A DNA stretch of 64,000 bases from Chloroflexota bacterium (GTDB lineage Bacteria; Chloroflexota; Dehalococcoidia; Lucifugimonadales; GCA-002723415). Below, one piece after another: positions 1-9,339 of this stretch. The stretch covers positions 4,842-68,841 of the forward strand of contig PBOA01000005.1 in assembly GCA_002723415.1 (NCBI GenBank), given 5' to 3'. The position numbers and the translations under genes were made by a program. Every line of letters begins with the position of its first letter. The stretch's first letter is position 1. The notes below the pieces were generated by a model. The model was not told the DNA's origin and ran no database searches. It saw nothing but the letters and a program-made list of their open reading frames with translations.

Positions 1-40
1 TTTCACCTCAGTTAAGAAAATATAGTTTTAGTATATCATT

Positions 41-868
41 TTATTTTAACAATATATTATCAATTAATCTTGTTTCACCAAACCAAGCTGCTAAAGAGAT
101 TAATGTTGGTGGAGTTATTTCATCAATTTCTTCTAGATTATTAAAATTGGCAATACTTATATAGTCAATTTTTGCCACTTCTGATTTTAAAATTAATTTT
201 TCCATTTCATTTTTAATATATTTTGAATTTTTAATACCTTTATCAAATAATTTTTTGCCCAAGCAAAGTGATTTAAATAAGCTTTCTGCAGCCTTCAATT
301 GTGATTCATTCAAATTTTTATTTCTGCTACTAATAGCTATCCCATTATTATCTCTTATGGTGGGGGTGATAAATATTTTAACACCTAAATTTAATTCATT
401 ATTTAATTTTTTTATAACCATACATTGTTGAGCATCTTTTTGGCCGAAGTATGCATGATCTGGTCTAATTATTGAAAATAATTTAGTAATTATTGTTGCC
501 ACTCCAGAAAAATGTCCTGGTCTAAATTTACCTTCTAATACATTACCTATAGGCCCAATATTAATATTAGTACTGAACCCTTTAGGGTACATTTCTTTAA
601 TTTGCGGAACGAATATAGCATCTACCTTTAATTTTTTTAATATTTCAATGTCTGAGTTAATATTAGAAGGATAATTTTTATATTCATCTTTATTTGCAAA
701 TTGAATTGGATTTACAAAAATACTTACGATATTAAATGATCCGTTTTCTTTAGCTTTTTCTATTAATGATAAGTGTCCACTATGAATTGCTCCCATAGTG
801 GGTATTAGTGCTATTTCTTTATTTGATTGTATTTTTTTTACTTCTGAAATTTTTCTGATAATTTTCAA
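41..868 (-). CDS. panC: pantoate--beta-alanine ligase (pantothenate synthetase)
   Basis: 275-aa ORF with the N-terminal 'PTMGAIHSGHLSL' HIGH-type motif. PanC-like length and directly downstream of panB. Confidence 0.9.
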   Translation of the reverse strand: MKIIRKISEVKKIQSNKEIALIPTMGAIHSGHLSLIEKAKENGSFNIVSIFVNPIQFANKDEYKNYPSNINSDIEILKKLKVDAIFVPQIKEMYPKGFSTNINIGPIGNVLEGKFRPGHFSGVATIITKLFSIIRPDHAYFGQKDAQQCMVIKKLNNELNLGVKIFITPTIRDNNGIAISSRNKNLNESQLKAAESLFKSLCLGKKLFDKGIKNSKYIKNEMEKLILKSEVAKIDYISIANFNNLEEIDEITPPTLISLAAWFGETRLIDNILLK

Positions 869-891
869 TTTATATATTACCGTTCAAATTT

Positions 892-1725
892 TTACAGATT
901 TTTAATTTGTTTTAATTCTTCTTCTGAGATGAAGTAAGATTCTTTATCAGAGGGGAATTCTTTTTCATTAACTTCCTTTATATATTGTTCTGTGGATTGT
1001 TGAATTAATTTCGATAATTCTAAATATCTTTTTGCATGTTTTGGTTTAAAATCATCAAATAAACCAACAAAATCATGAAAAACTTGGACTTGTCCGTCGC
1101 AAAACCTACCAGAACCAATTCCTATTGTAGGAATTGAAAGTTTTTCAGTGATTATTTTTGCGATTTGACTGGGTATATATTCAAGGACTATACCGTAAAC
1201 ACCAGAATCTTCTAAATATGAGGCATCATCAATAATTTTTTGAGCATTTTTTGCAGTTTTGCCTTGGATGGTGTACCCTCCTAGTTGATGGACAGATTGA
1301 GGAGTCAATCCGATATGTCCCATCACTGGAATTCCTCTATTTGTTAAGTAACTTATCGTTGATGTAATTTCTTTTCCACCCTCTAATTTAACGGACTGAG
1401 CTCCTGCTTCTTTTAACACCCTTCCTGCATTTTTCATTGCATCTGAATTATTTGTTTGATAACTAAGAAAAGGTAAATCAACAACAATATGAGTTTTTCT
1501 TGTTGCTAGGACTACAGATTTTGCATGGTAAATCATTTCATTTAGAGTTACTGGTATGGTTGATTCATAACCTAAAACAACTTGTCCTAAACTATCTCCA
1601 ACTAATATTATGGGTATTTGCGCTTTTTCTAATATTTGTGCAGAAGTATAATCATAAGCAGTGAGCATTGGTATTTTTAAACCTGTTTTTTTCATTTTAT
1701 GTAAATCTTTTATGCTGATTCTCAT
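892..1725 (-). CDS. panB: 3-methyl-2-oxobutanoate hydroxymethyltransferase
   Basis: 277-aa ORF with 'KIPMLTAYDY...ILVGDSLG' and 'VKLEGG' motifs typical of PanB. Adjacent to panC. Confidence 0.9.
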   Translation of the reverse strand: MRISIKDLHKMKKTGLKIPMLTAYDYTSAQILEKAQIPIILVGDSLGQVVLGYESTIPVTLNEMIYHAKSVVLATRKTHIVVDLPFLSYQTNNSDAMKNAGRVLKEAGAQSVKLEGGKEITSTISYLTNRGIPVMGHIGLTPQSVHQLGGYTIQGKTAKNAQKIIDDASYLEDSGVYGIVLEYIPSQIAKIITEKLSIPTIGIGSGRFCDGQVQVFHDFVGLFDDFKPKHAKRYLELSKLIQQSTEQYIKEVNEKEFPSDKESYFISEEELKQIKNL

Positions 1726-1740
1726 ATTGACCTCATTTTA

Positions 1741-2643
1741 TTAAGAAGATAATTTTTTATATTTGAGAATAATTTTATATATTTCATCATGAGTTTCTTT
1801 ATTTATTGAGCCTTTTTCGATTGCTAATGGTAATGCGCATAATGCCAGTTCACAGTATAGAGGTAATATCTTTGGGTATTTAGTATATAATTCCTTTAAA
1901 TGTTTTTTTATAGTACCTATGTCTCCCCTAGGGTAAGGACCTGCAATTGCAGCAGGTATTCCCAATGTGTTTAGATTTTTTGACACTTGTTCCATCATGT
2001 GAGAAAGCGACTTAAGACCTTCTTCTCGAGATAATCCAATACTATCCCATATTTGAGCTGTTGTTGCAGCAAAAGATGTTAACAGGCCTCCTAGCATAAC
2101 ACCAGAAACATGGTATAGTACTTTATCTTCAGCTTTTAATAATATATACGATCCTTCAAGTTTAAATGCGATGTCTTTTAAATAACTTATGATGTTCGGA
2201 TCACCTTCAATTGCAAATGTAGTCCCTGGGATACTTTCAACTCCTTTTTCTATAGATGCAAATGCTTGCAAAGGATGAAATGTTCCGGTACTAGCTTTTT
2301 GTTGTGATGCATGTTTTAAAATATCCGTTGATGCTGCCCCAGAACAGTGTATTACAGCTTTGTTAGATTGCCATACTAAGCTAGATACTATATTTTCAAT
2401 ACAATCATCAGTGGTTGTAATAAATATTACTTCAGATTTTTCTATAACTTTATTTAAAGATTTATAAGCTTTGCAATTTGGTATTGTTTTAGCTAATTTT
2501 TCAGCGGAGGTATATTTTTTACTAGCTAATGCAACTATAGGGTAATTCTTTTTATGGAGTGATAATGCTAAAGATCCTCCAACTGATCCAGTTCCAATAA
2601 ACCCGATTTTAGATTTTGAATTAAATTTATACATATTAATCAT
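1741..2643 (-). CDS. Rossmann-fold NADP oxidoreductase with DUF2520-like C-terminal domain; putative PanG-type ketopantoate reductase
   Basis: 300 aa with an N-terminal dinucleotide-binding 'IGFIGTGSVGGSLA' motif and ProC/F420-oxidoreductase-like architecture. Sits 15 nt upstream of panB on the same strand. The function is inferred from context. Confidence 0.5.
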   Translation of the reverse strand: MINMYKFNSKSKIGFIGTGSVGGSLALSLHKKNYPIVALASKKYTSAEKLAKTIPNCKAYKSLNKVIEKSEVIFITTTDDCIENIVSSLVWQSNKAVIHCSGAASTDILKHASQQKASTGTFHPLQAFASIEKGVESIPGTTFAIEGDPNIISYLKDIAFKLEGSYILLKAEDKVLYHVSGVMLGGLLTSFAATTAQIWDSIGLSREEGLKSLSHMMEQVSKNLNTLGIPAAIAGPYPRGDIGTIKKHLKELYTKYPKILPLYCELALCALPLAIEKGSINKETHDEIYKIILKYKKLSS

Positions 2644-2832
2644 TCAATAAATTTAATTTATATATATAATTAATAGATGAAATAATTAATATGTAATCAA
2701 ATATTCTATTATCTTTGGTTTTGTAGTTTAAGATATTCATTTTTTCCTGCTCACCATTCTGGTTTAATTTTTAAGAATTGGCTGCGTGAAAAATATTATC
2801 AGAATATTTTTATATATTCAAATATGAAAATA

Positions 2833-2861
2833 TTGAATTTTTTTTTTAAATGAACTAGACT
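2833..2861 (+). promoter_or_regulatory. candidate sigma70 promoter for the thi operon (TTGAAT-17 nt-TAGACT)
   Basis: TTGAAT at 2833-2838, a 17-nt spacer, then TAGACT at 2856-2861, just upstream of the TPP aptamer. Sequence match only. Confidence 0.3.
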
Positions 2862-2873
2862 AACTCCAGTATG

Positions 2874-2959
2874 TATTTGATGGGGGAGCTGAAAGCTGAG
2901 AAGACATTTTGTCGACCCCTATACCTGATCTGGGTAATGCCAGCGAAGGGATTTAAATA
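2874..2959 (+). promoter_or_regulatory. TPP (THI-box) riboswitch aptamer
   Basis: Conserved THI-element core read directly: 'GGGGAGC...GCTGAGA...ACCCCTATACCTGATCTGGGTAATGCCAGCGAAGGGA'. Flanking TATTT/AAATA can form P1. Lies ~95 nt upstream of thiD. It is a GC-rich island in an AT-rich spacer. Confidence 0.85.
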
Positions 2960-3054
2960 TTGGAAATTTTGAAGATATTAAATAATAAATTTTGTTCTAA
3001 TTGCATAGGTTTTTATAGTTTACGAAATCTGAAAGACTTTTTGGAGGGTATTCT

Positions 3055-3888
3055 ATGAAAATAGTATGTACTATTGCTGGATCAGATTCTGGAGGAGGAG
3101 CAGGTATACAAGCTGATTTAAAAGCTATATCTGCTAATGGAGGATTTGGAACATCAGTAATAACTGCAATAACTGCTCAAAACACAATAGAAGTTGTTGA
3201 TGCTCAACAAATTTCTATTGAATTAATTAAATCTCAATTTGATGCAGTTTTTAGTGATTTTAATGTCTCAGCTATAAAAACTGGCATGCTTGCAAATGCT
3301 TCCGTAATAAATATTGTTGCTGACCTGATTAAAAGATCTAAATGCGATAAATATGTCTTAGATCCGGTTATGATTTCAAAATCTGGATATAATTTGCTTG
3401 AAAAAGAAGCTGTAGAGGCGTTACAAAAAGAACTTTTTCCTTTGGCTACATTGATTACTCCAAATATTTATGAAGCTCAAGTTTTAAGCAATATGGAAAT
3501 TACTACCTTGAAAGATGTTAGGATTGCTGGGAATATTTTATTGGACAAAGGAGTTTCTGCAGTTTTAATTAAAGGAGGGCACTTGCTTAGTGAAAAAGCG
3601 ACAGATACTTTGATAATGCCTAATCATACAGAATATTTTCCAAGTGATTGGATTGAAACAAAAAATACTCATGGGACTGGATGTACATATTCTGCAGCTA
3701 TAGCAACTCATTTAGCTAAAGGAATGTCTCTTATTGATTCAGTTTCTACTGCTAAGGAATATATATTTGGAGCAATTAGTAACGGATTAGAATTAGGTCA
3801 AGGATCGGGGCCAACTGACCATTTTTTCTATTTGAGAAGCAAAGAATATTATAATTGGAATAAAAGATTAAATATGAAAAAGTTATAA
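3055..3888 (+). CDS. thiD: hydroxymethylpyrimidine / phosphomethylpyrimidine kinase
   Basis: 277 aa with the 'TIAGSDSGGGAGIQADLKA' N-terminal signature of ThiD and 'GTGCTYSAAIA' near the C-terminus. GGAGGG SD upstream. Confidence 0.9.
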   Translation: MKIVCTIAGSDSGGGAGIQADLKAISANGGFGTSVITAITAQNTIEVVDAQQISIELIKSQFDAVFSDFNVSAIKTGMLANASVINIVADLIKRSKCDKYVLDPVMISKSGYNLLEKEAVEALQKELFPLATLITPNIYEAQVLSNMEITTLKDVRIAGNILLDKGVSAVLIKGGHLLSEKATDTLIMPNHTEYFPSDWIETKNTHGTGCTYSAAIATHLAKGMSLIDSVSTAKEYIFGAISNGLELGQGSGPTDHFFYLRSKEYYNWNKRLNMKKL

Positions 3889-3890
3889 AT

Positions 3891-5024
3891 ATGAGTTCAG
3901 ATGTTTACACAGAAGAAGTTGTAATTATAGGTGCAGGCATAATTGGCCTGTCTATTGCTTATGAGCTTTGTAAGAGAGGTTTGTCAGTTACAGTTTTAGA
4001 AAAAGAGAAAATAGGAGCTGGTTCAGTGTGGGCAAGTGCAGGAATGTTAGCCCCGATATCAGAAGCAAAATCTGAAGAACCTGATTTAGTTGATTTTGCC
4101 TTATATAGTCATTCTATGTACAGAAAGTTTATAGATTCGGTTGAGAATGATTCTGGTTTAAATTGTGGATTTAATGATACGGGAACGTTATTGATAGCTA
4201 TGGGTAAAGATGATGAAGGAGAATTAAAACATTTATATGATACTCAGAAATCAAGAGGGCTTGATTCAGTTTGGTTGGATCAAAAGAAAATATTTGAAAT
4301 AGAGCCTAATTTAAGTGGTTGGGTAACATCAGGGCTATTAGCTAAAAATGATTATCAAGTTAATTCTAGAGATTTGTTAATTGCGTTAGGGAAATCCATT
4401 ATAAAATTTGGTGGAAAAATTATAGAAAAGGCTCACGTTAGATCTCTAGGTAAATTAGAGGATAAGTTTAAATCAATAAAATATATATCTAAATCGCAAG
4501 AGGTTTATATCAAATCTAAGCAAATAATAATTTGTTCAGGTGCATGGACAAACAATATATCTGATTTGTTATTTGATGTCGATATTCGTCCTGTTAAAGG
4601 CCAGTCGATACGTTTAAATGGCCCTAATATGTTAAAGCATGTTATAAGAACTTCTGATGTTTATTTAGTGAGTCGTTTAAATGGAGAATTAGTTGTTGGA
4701 GGAACTGTTGAAGAGAAAGGATTTGATAATTCAATTCAAGCTGGATCTATTATGGATTTATTAAGAAATGCATGGAAAGTATTTCCAAATATCTATGAAT
4801 ATGAATTTTGTGAGTCTACAGTTGGATTTAGGCCTGCAACATTGAATAATTTGCCATTAATTGGAAAAACTAATATAGATAACATATTTGTTGCTACAGG
4901 GCATTTTAGGCACGGGGTTTTATTAGCTCCAGGGACAGCATGGGCTATGTCAAAAATGATTATTAAAGGTGAAATACCAGATATAGTTAAGCCTTTTGGT
5001 ATAGAAAAACACAAAGTACTTTAA
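3891..5024 (+). CDS. thiO: glycine oxidase (FAD-dependent)
   Basis: 377 aa with the FAD motif 'VIIGAGIIGLSIAYEL' (DAO family). Positioned between thiD and thiS-thiG. Confidence 0.8.
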   Translation: MSSDVYTEEVVIIGAGIIGLSIAYELCKRGLSVTVLEKEKIGAGSVWASAGMLAPISEAKSEEPDLVDFALYSHSMYRKFIDSVENDSGLNCGFNDTGTLLIAMGKDDEGELKHLYDTQKSRGLDSVWLDQKKIFEIEPNLSGWVTSGLLAKNDYQVNSRDLLIALGKSIIKFGGKIIEKAHVRSLGKLEDKFKSIKYISKSQEVYIKSKQIIICSGAWTNNISDLLFDVDIRPVKGQSIRLNGPNMLKHVIRTSDVYLVSRLNGELVVGGTVEEKGFDNSIQAGSIMDLLRNAWKVFPNIYEYEFCESTVGFRPATLNNLPLIGKTNIDNIFVATGHFRHGVLLAPGTAWAMSKMIIKGEIPDIVKPFGIEKHKVL

Positions 5025-5038
5025 TTTATTGTGAGAAT

Positions 5039-5248
5039 ATGATTAATATTAAAGTTAATGGAGAAATTAAAGAAATTAAAGAAAATCAAAGTATTGATTT
5101 ATTGCTCGAGTTTTTAGGTTTTAATTTCGATCTTAAAGGGTTGGCTATTGCATTAAATTGGGAGATTGTACATCGTGAAAATTGGAGTTCAACTTATTTA
5201 CAAAATGGTGATATGGTTGAGTTGGTTAAACCAGTTCAAGGAGGATAA
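5039..5248 (+). CDS. thiS: thiamine-biosynthesis sulfur carrier protein
   Basis: 69 aa with a ubiquitin-like length, ending exactly in '...PVQGG'. Immediately upstream of thiG. Confidence 0.85.
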   Translation: MINIKVNGEIKEIKENQSIDLLLEFLGFNFDLKGLAIALNWEIVHRENWSSTYLQNGDMVELVKPVQGG

Positions 5249-5251
5249 TAA

Positions 5252-6043
5252 TTGACTAATAATATTTCGGACAATTGGAAGTTGGCTGATATTACAATGA
5301 AATCTAGGTTAATAGTGGGTACAGCTCGTTTCCCAAGTGTTCAAACTATGTTAGATTCCTTAGAAGAATCTGAAACAGAAATGGTGACTGTTGCATTGCG
5401 TAGGGTTTCAGTAAATCAAGAGGAAAATAACTTATACAATATTTTTATACAAAAAGGGTTTAAATTACTTCCTAATACTGCGGGGTGTTTTACTGTTAGA
5501 GATGCAATATTAACAGCAGAACTTGCAAGGGAATCATTAGGTACATCTCTAATTAAACTTGAAGTTATTGCTGATGAGAATACTTTATTTCCTGATGGAG
5601 AAAATTTATTAATTGCTGCTAAAGAATTAGTTAAAAAAGGTTTTTTAGTTTTACCTTATACAAATGATGACCCAGTATTATCTTTAAAATTAGAAGATAT
5701 AGGATGTGTGGCTGTAATGCCTCTAGGTGCACCTATAGGATCTGGCCTTGGAATAAGAAATCCTCATAATATAGAAATAATCCGATCAAGAGTTAAAGTA
5801 CCAGTAATAGTTGATGCTGGTGTTGGGACTGCATCAGATGCTGCTCTTGCATTAGAATTAGGATGTGATGCAGTTCTTTTAAATAGTGCTATTTCTCGTG
5901 CTCAAGACCCAATTAAAATGGCTGCAGCTATGAAGCATGGGGTTATAGCTGGGAGAAAAGCTTTTTTGGCTGGCCGAATACCTAAAAAATTCTACGCCGA
6001 CCCCAGTAGTAGCTTCGAGGGTAGAATAGATAGTAAGTCATAA
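5252..6043 (+). CDS. thiG: thiazole synthase
   Basis: 263 aa (TTG start) with the motifs 'IKLEVI', 'VMPLGAPIGSGLGI' and 'VDAGVGTASDAA' characteristic of ThiG. Confidence 0.9.
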   Translation: MTNNISDNWKLADITMKSRLIVGTARFPSVQTMLDSLEESETEMVTVALRRVSVNQEENNLYNIFIQKGFKLLPNTAGCFTVRDAILTAELARESLGTSLIKLEVIADENTLFPDGENLLIAAKELVKKGFLVLPYTNDDPVLSLKLEDIGCVAVMPLGAPIGSGLGIRNPHNIEIIRSRVKVPVIVDAGVGTASDAALALELGCDAVLLNSAISRAQDPIKMAAAMKHGVIAGRKAFLAGRIPKKFYADPSSSFEGRIDSKS

Positions 6044-6082
6044 TAAGGTTTTTAAAATATATTTTTTAATTATTGGAGTTTT

Positions 6083-6715
6083 GTGTTAGATATGGAAAAT
6101 TTGATTTCAAAATTAATGTGGGATGAATTTAAGCATATTGGGGATAAATGTTTGCAACATCCATTTCTTCAAGGAATATCTACAGGCGATTTAGATGTTG
6201 ATAAATACATTAATTTTATAGGGCAGGATGCGTTCTTTTTGGATGTATTTGCTAGAGTATATGCAATTGGCGTTTTTAGGTCTACAGATGTTTATACTAG
6301 AGATTTATTTCACAATTTACAATGTGGAGTTTTTGAAGAGCTTAAACTCCATAAAGAAGTAGCTGAAAAGTATAAAATTAATTTGAAATTAATCAAGCCT
6401 CTTGATGCAACAAATTCTTATACGGAATTTTTACTTTCGAACTCTATTAAAGGTACGTTAGGAGATTTACTTGCAGCTATAACCCCATGTATGAGGTTAT
6501 ATTTGTTCTTAGGCACAGAACTATCCAAATCACTATTTCAAGAAAACCAATATTCCGATTGGATAAAATCATATTCGAGCTCTGAATATATTGATTTAGT
6601 TAATTCTGTTGAAGGATTACTTAATAAGCATAGTAATAATTCAAATCAGGAAAAACAAAAATATAAGCGTGCGATGAACTTAGAGTATGATTTTTTTGAT
6701 CAGGTATGGAATTAA
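6083..6715 (+). CDS. tenA: aminopyrimidine aminohydrolase / thiaminase II (TenA_C type)
   Basis: 210 aa of the TenA/PQQC helical family ('HPFLQGISTGDL', 'QDAFFL'). The active-site Cys is in the 'ITPCMRLY' context. Embedded in the thi operon. Confidence 0.8.
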   Translation: MLDMENLISKLMWDEFKHIGDKCLQHPFLQGISTGDLDVDKYINFIGQDAFFLDVFARVYAIGVFRSTDVYTRDLFHNLQCGVFEELKLHKEVAEKYKINLKLIKPLDATNSYTEFLLSNSIKGTLGDLLAAITPCMRLYLFLGTELSKSLFQENQYSDWIKSYSSSEYIDLVNSVEGLLNKHSNNSNQEKQKYKRAMNLEYDFFDQVWN

Positions 6716-6743
6716 ATATTGATTAATTTTATGTGAGGTTTCT

Positions 6744-7346
6744 TTGGTCTTTAAATTAATGTTAGTTACAGATAGTCAGATGTTAGATAATTCTAATTTA
6801 GTATCTACAATATCAGATGCTGTAAAAGGAGGATTAGATGCAGTTCAAATACGAGAAAAAGAGATGTCTTATAAAGATTTATTCAATTTAACTTATGAGG
6901 TAAAAAGAAAATTAGGCGATCAAGTTTCAATTTTTATTAATGGTAATCCAAAGATAGCTAGAGAACTAAGCATTGGTTTACATCTGCCTGCATATTATAA
7001 AAACCATTACAAACTTGATGGTTTAATTTGGGGACGCTCAGTTCATTCAATAAATGAAGTTATTAAAGCGAATCAAGAAGGTGCCTCATATGTGATTTTA
7101 GGGACTATATTTAAAACAGCTTCAAAGCCTAACGTAATGGAATCCGGAACCAATTTGATTAAAGAGGTTCTTCCTGTACTAGGTGATATGTATTTAATTG
7201 CTATTGGAGGTATAAATCTTTTAAATGTAAGAGAAGTAATTGAAGCTGGTGCTACAGGGGTTGCAGTCAGGCAGTCTATTTTAGAATCTAAGGATCCTGG
7301 GAGAACTTGTGAAAAATTTTTGGAATTAATTAATAAAAAGGAGTAA
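6744..7346 (+). CDS. thiE: thiamine-phosphate synthase
   Basis: 200 aa (TTG start) with 'AVQIREK', 'GRSVHS' and 'IAIGGI' TMP-TENI motifs. Last gene of the thi cluster. Confidence 0.85.
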   Translation: MVFKLMLVTDSQMLDNSNLVSTISDAVKGGLDAVQIREKEMSYKDLFNLTYEVKRKLGDQVSIFINGNPKIARELSIGLHLPAYYKNHYKLDGLIWGRSVHSINEVIKANQEGASYVILGTIFKTASKPNVMESGTNLIKEVLPVLGDMYLIAIGGINLLNVREVIEAGATGVAVRQSILESKDPGRTCEKFLELINKKE

Positions 7347-7402
7347 AATATTAATTTAGTTTGAATTTTATTTTCTTATTTGAATTGAGATGGAGGTGCC
7401 TT

Positions 7403-8356
7403 TTGGCTGTTTTTCTTACAGAAAACGATGTTAAAAAATTAATAAATATGGATATAACTTTGAAATCATTAGATGAAGCTTTATTTATCCCGGATGATGG
7501 GCAAATGATAAATAGCCCACGTTCGAGATTATTATTGCCAAATGGGTTTTTAAATTTTATGTCAGCTGTTGTTCCTAGTATTAATATGATGGGGCATAAA
7601 ACTTATGGTGTTGTTCGAGGTCATATACCAAAATTTTATATACATTTATTCAGTACGGAAACTGGAGAGTTGTTAGCGATTATTGAAGCTTCTGAACTTG
7701 GTAGGATTAGAACCGGAGCATCTTCGGGCATTGCAACTAAATATTTGGCAAATGACGATGCCTCTTCTGTGGGAATAATTGGTACAGGTTATCAATCTGG
7801 GCCTCAGTTAGAAGCTATATGTAAAGTTAGAAAAATTAGTAAAGCAAAAGTTTTTAGTCGCAATGTTGAAAAACGTGAGAAATTTAAATCTAAAATGGAA
7901 AAGCAAATAAATAATATTGAAATTGAACCAGTAAATTCTGCACAAAAATGTGTCGAGGATGTAGATATTATTGTTACAATTACAACTAGTAGAGATCCTG
8001 TTGTTAAAGGAGAATGGATAAGAGATGGTGTTCACATTAATGCAGCAGGTGCAAATCACTGGATGCGAAGAGAATTAGACTATGAGGTGGTAAAAAGAGC
8101 GAATCATATAATTGTTGATGATGTAGAACAGGCTAAAATTGAATGTGGAGATTTGATATTTCCTGTTGAAAGAGGATCTATGAGGTGGCAACAAGTATAT
8201 AATTTGTCTGATGTTGTAAAGGGTAGTTATTCTGGGCGTACTAATAAAAGTGATGTAACTTTATTTGAATCACAAGGATTAGCTATTCAAGATATATTAG
8301 TAGGTACTGAAATATATAATTTGGCATGTGCTACTGGAGTTGGTAAAGAAATTTAG
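7403..8356 (+). CDS. ornithine cyclodeaminase / mu-crystallin family protein
   Basis: The OCD-family body matches ('LTENDVKKLINMD...', Rossmann 'VGIIGTGYQSGPQLEA'). The ORF-track start at 7361 adds a hydrophobic leader. TTG at 7403 sits 5 nt after GGAGGTG (7392-7398) and gives the usual family N-terminus. Start is uncertain. Confidence 0.7.
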   Translation: MAVFLTENDVKKLINMDITLKSLDEALFIPDDGQMINSPRSRLLLPNGFLNFMSAVVPSINMMGHKTYGVVRGHIPKFYIHLFSTETGELLAIIEASELGRIRTGASSGIATKYLANDDASSVGIIGTGYQSGPQLEAICKVRKISKAKVFSRNVEKREKFKSKMEKQINNIEIEPVNSAQKCVEDVDIIVTITTSRDPVVKGEWIRDGVHINAAGANHWMRRELDYEVVKRANHIIVDDVEQAKIECGDLIFPVERGSMRWQQVYNLSDVVKGSYSGRTNKSDVTLFESQGLAIQDILVGTEIYNLACATGVGKEI

Positions 8357-8398
8357 GTATAATCATTTCCGAAATCAAATAATTTATCGGAGAATGAT

Positions 8399-9259
8399 AT
8401 GGCACGTGTATATGTTTTAGGGGCAGGAACACCTACACCTACTCCTGAAAGGTTTGGGTCTTCTTTTGTTGCTGAGTTTGGTGGTAATCAGGTTATGATT
8501 GATTGTGGCCCTGCTGCTACCCATAAATTAGTTAAAGCAGGTTTATGGCCAACAAATATTGATTATCTATTTTTCACTCACCATCATTTTGATCATGATG
8601 TTGATTATCCATGTTTTCTATTGTGCAGATGGGATCAAAGCATTGGTAAAGAAAATCAATTAAAAGTTTATGGACCTAATTTAACTGAAAAAATCACACA
8701 AGATATTATTGGTGAAAATGGAGTTTTTGCTCACGACTGGATAGCTAGGGTAAACTCTCCTATGAGTCAACAAATTCATGTGAATAGAGGAGGCTCTCTT
8801 CCACGGAAACCACCAGATGTTTTTGCAAAAGATGTTACTGAGGGTAAAGTTTTTGTAGCAGATGATTGGGAGGTTACTGCTGCAATTGCTGAACATGCTC
8901 AACCATGGTTAGATTCATTAGCTTATAGATTTGATACTCCTGAGGGCAGTATGGTCTTTACTGGAGATACTAGGCCTTGTAAATCTGTTGTCGATTTAGC
9001 TTCTGATGCAGATATAATGTTTTGTATGTGCTGGGATGATCAAGAAATAATGAGTGAAAATAAAGAAGATGCAGGACAATGTGGAACTACTGGTGCGGCA
9101 GAAATGGCTCAAGAGGCAGGAGTAAAGAAATTAGTGTTAGTACACACTGGACCTAATCTTTCTTTGCATGGAAATAAGGAAAAAGGTATTGGAGATGTAA
9201 GTAAAATATTTGATGGAGAAGTTATATTTTCTGATGAATTAATGGTTATTGATGTTTGA
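8399..9259 (+). CDS. MBL-fold metallo-hydrolase
   Basis: 286 aa with the 'FFTHHHFDHD' (HxHxDH) zinc-binding motif. Specific substrate not inferable. Confidence 0.75.
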   Translation: MARVYVLGAGTPTPTPERFGSSFVAEFGGNQVMIDCGPAATHKLVKAGLWPTNIDYLFFTHHHFDHDVDYPCFLLCRWDQSIGKENQLKVYGPNLTEKITQDIIGENGVFAHDWIARVNSPMSQQIHVNRGGSLPRKPPDVFAKDVTEGKVFVADDWEVTAAIAEHAQPWLDSLAYRFDTPEGSMVFTGDTRPCKSVVDLASDADIMFCMCWDDQEIMSENKEDAGQCGTTGAAEMAQEAGVKKLVLVHTGPNLSLHGNKEKGIGDVSKIFDGEVIFSDELMVIDV

Positions 9260-9339
9260 AATCTCTTTAAAATAATATTTTTGTTATATATAATTCTATA
9301 ATGATTGTGTTCTGTTAAATTTAAATATGGAGTTTAATT

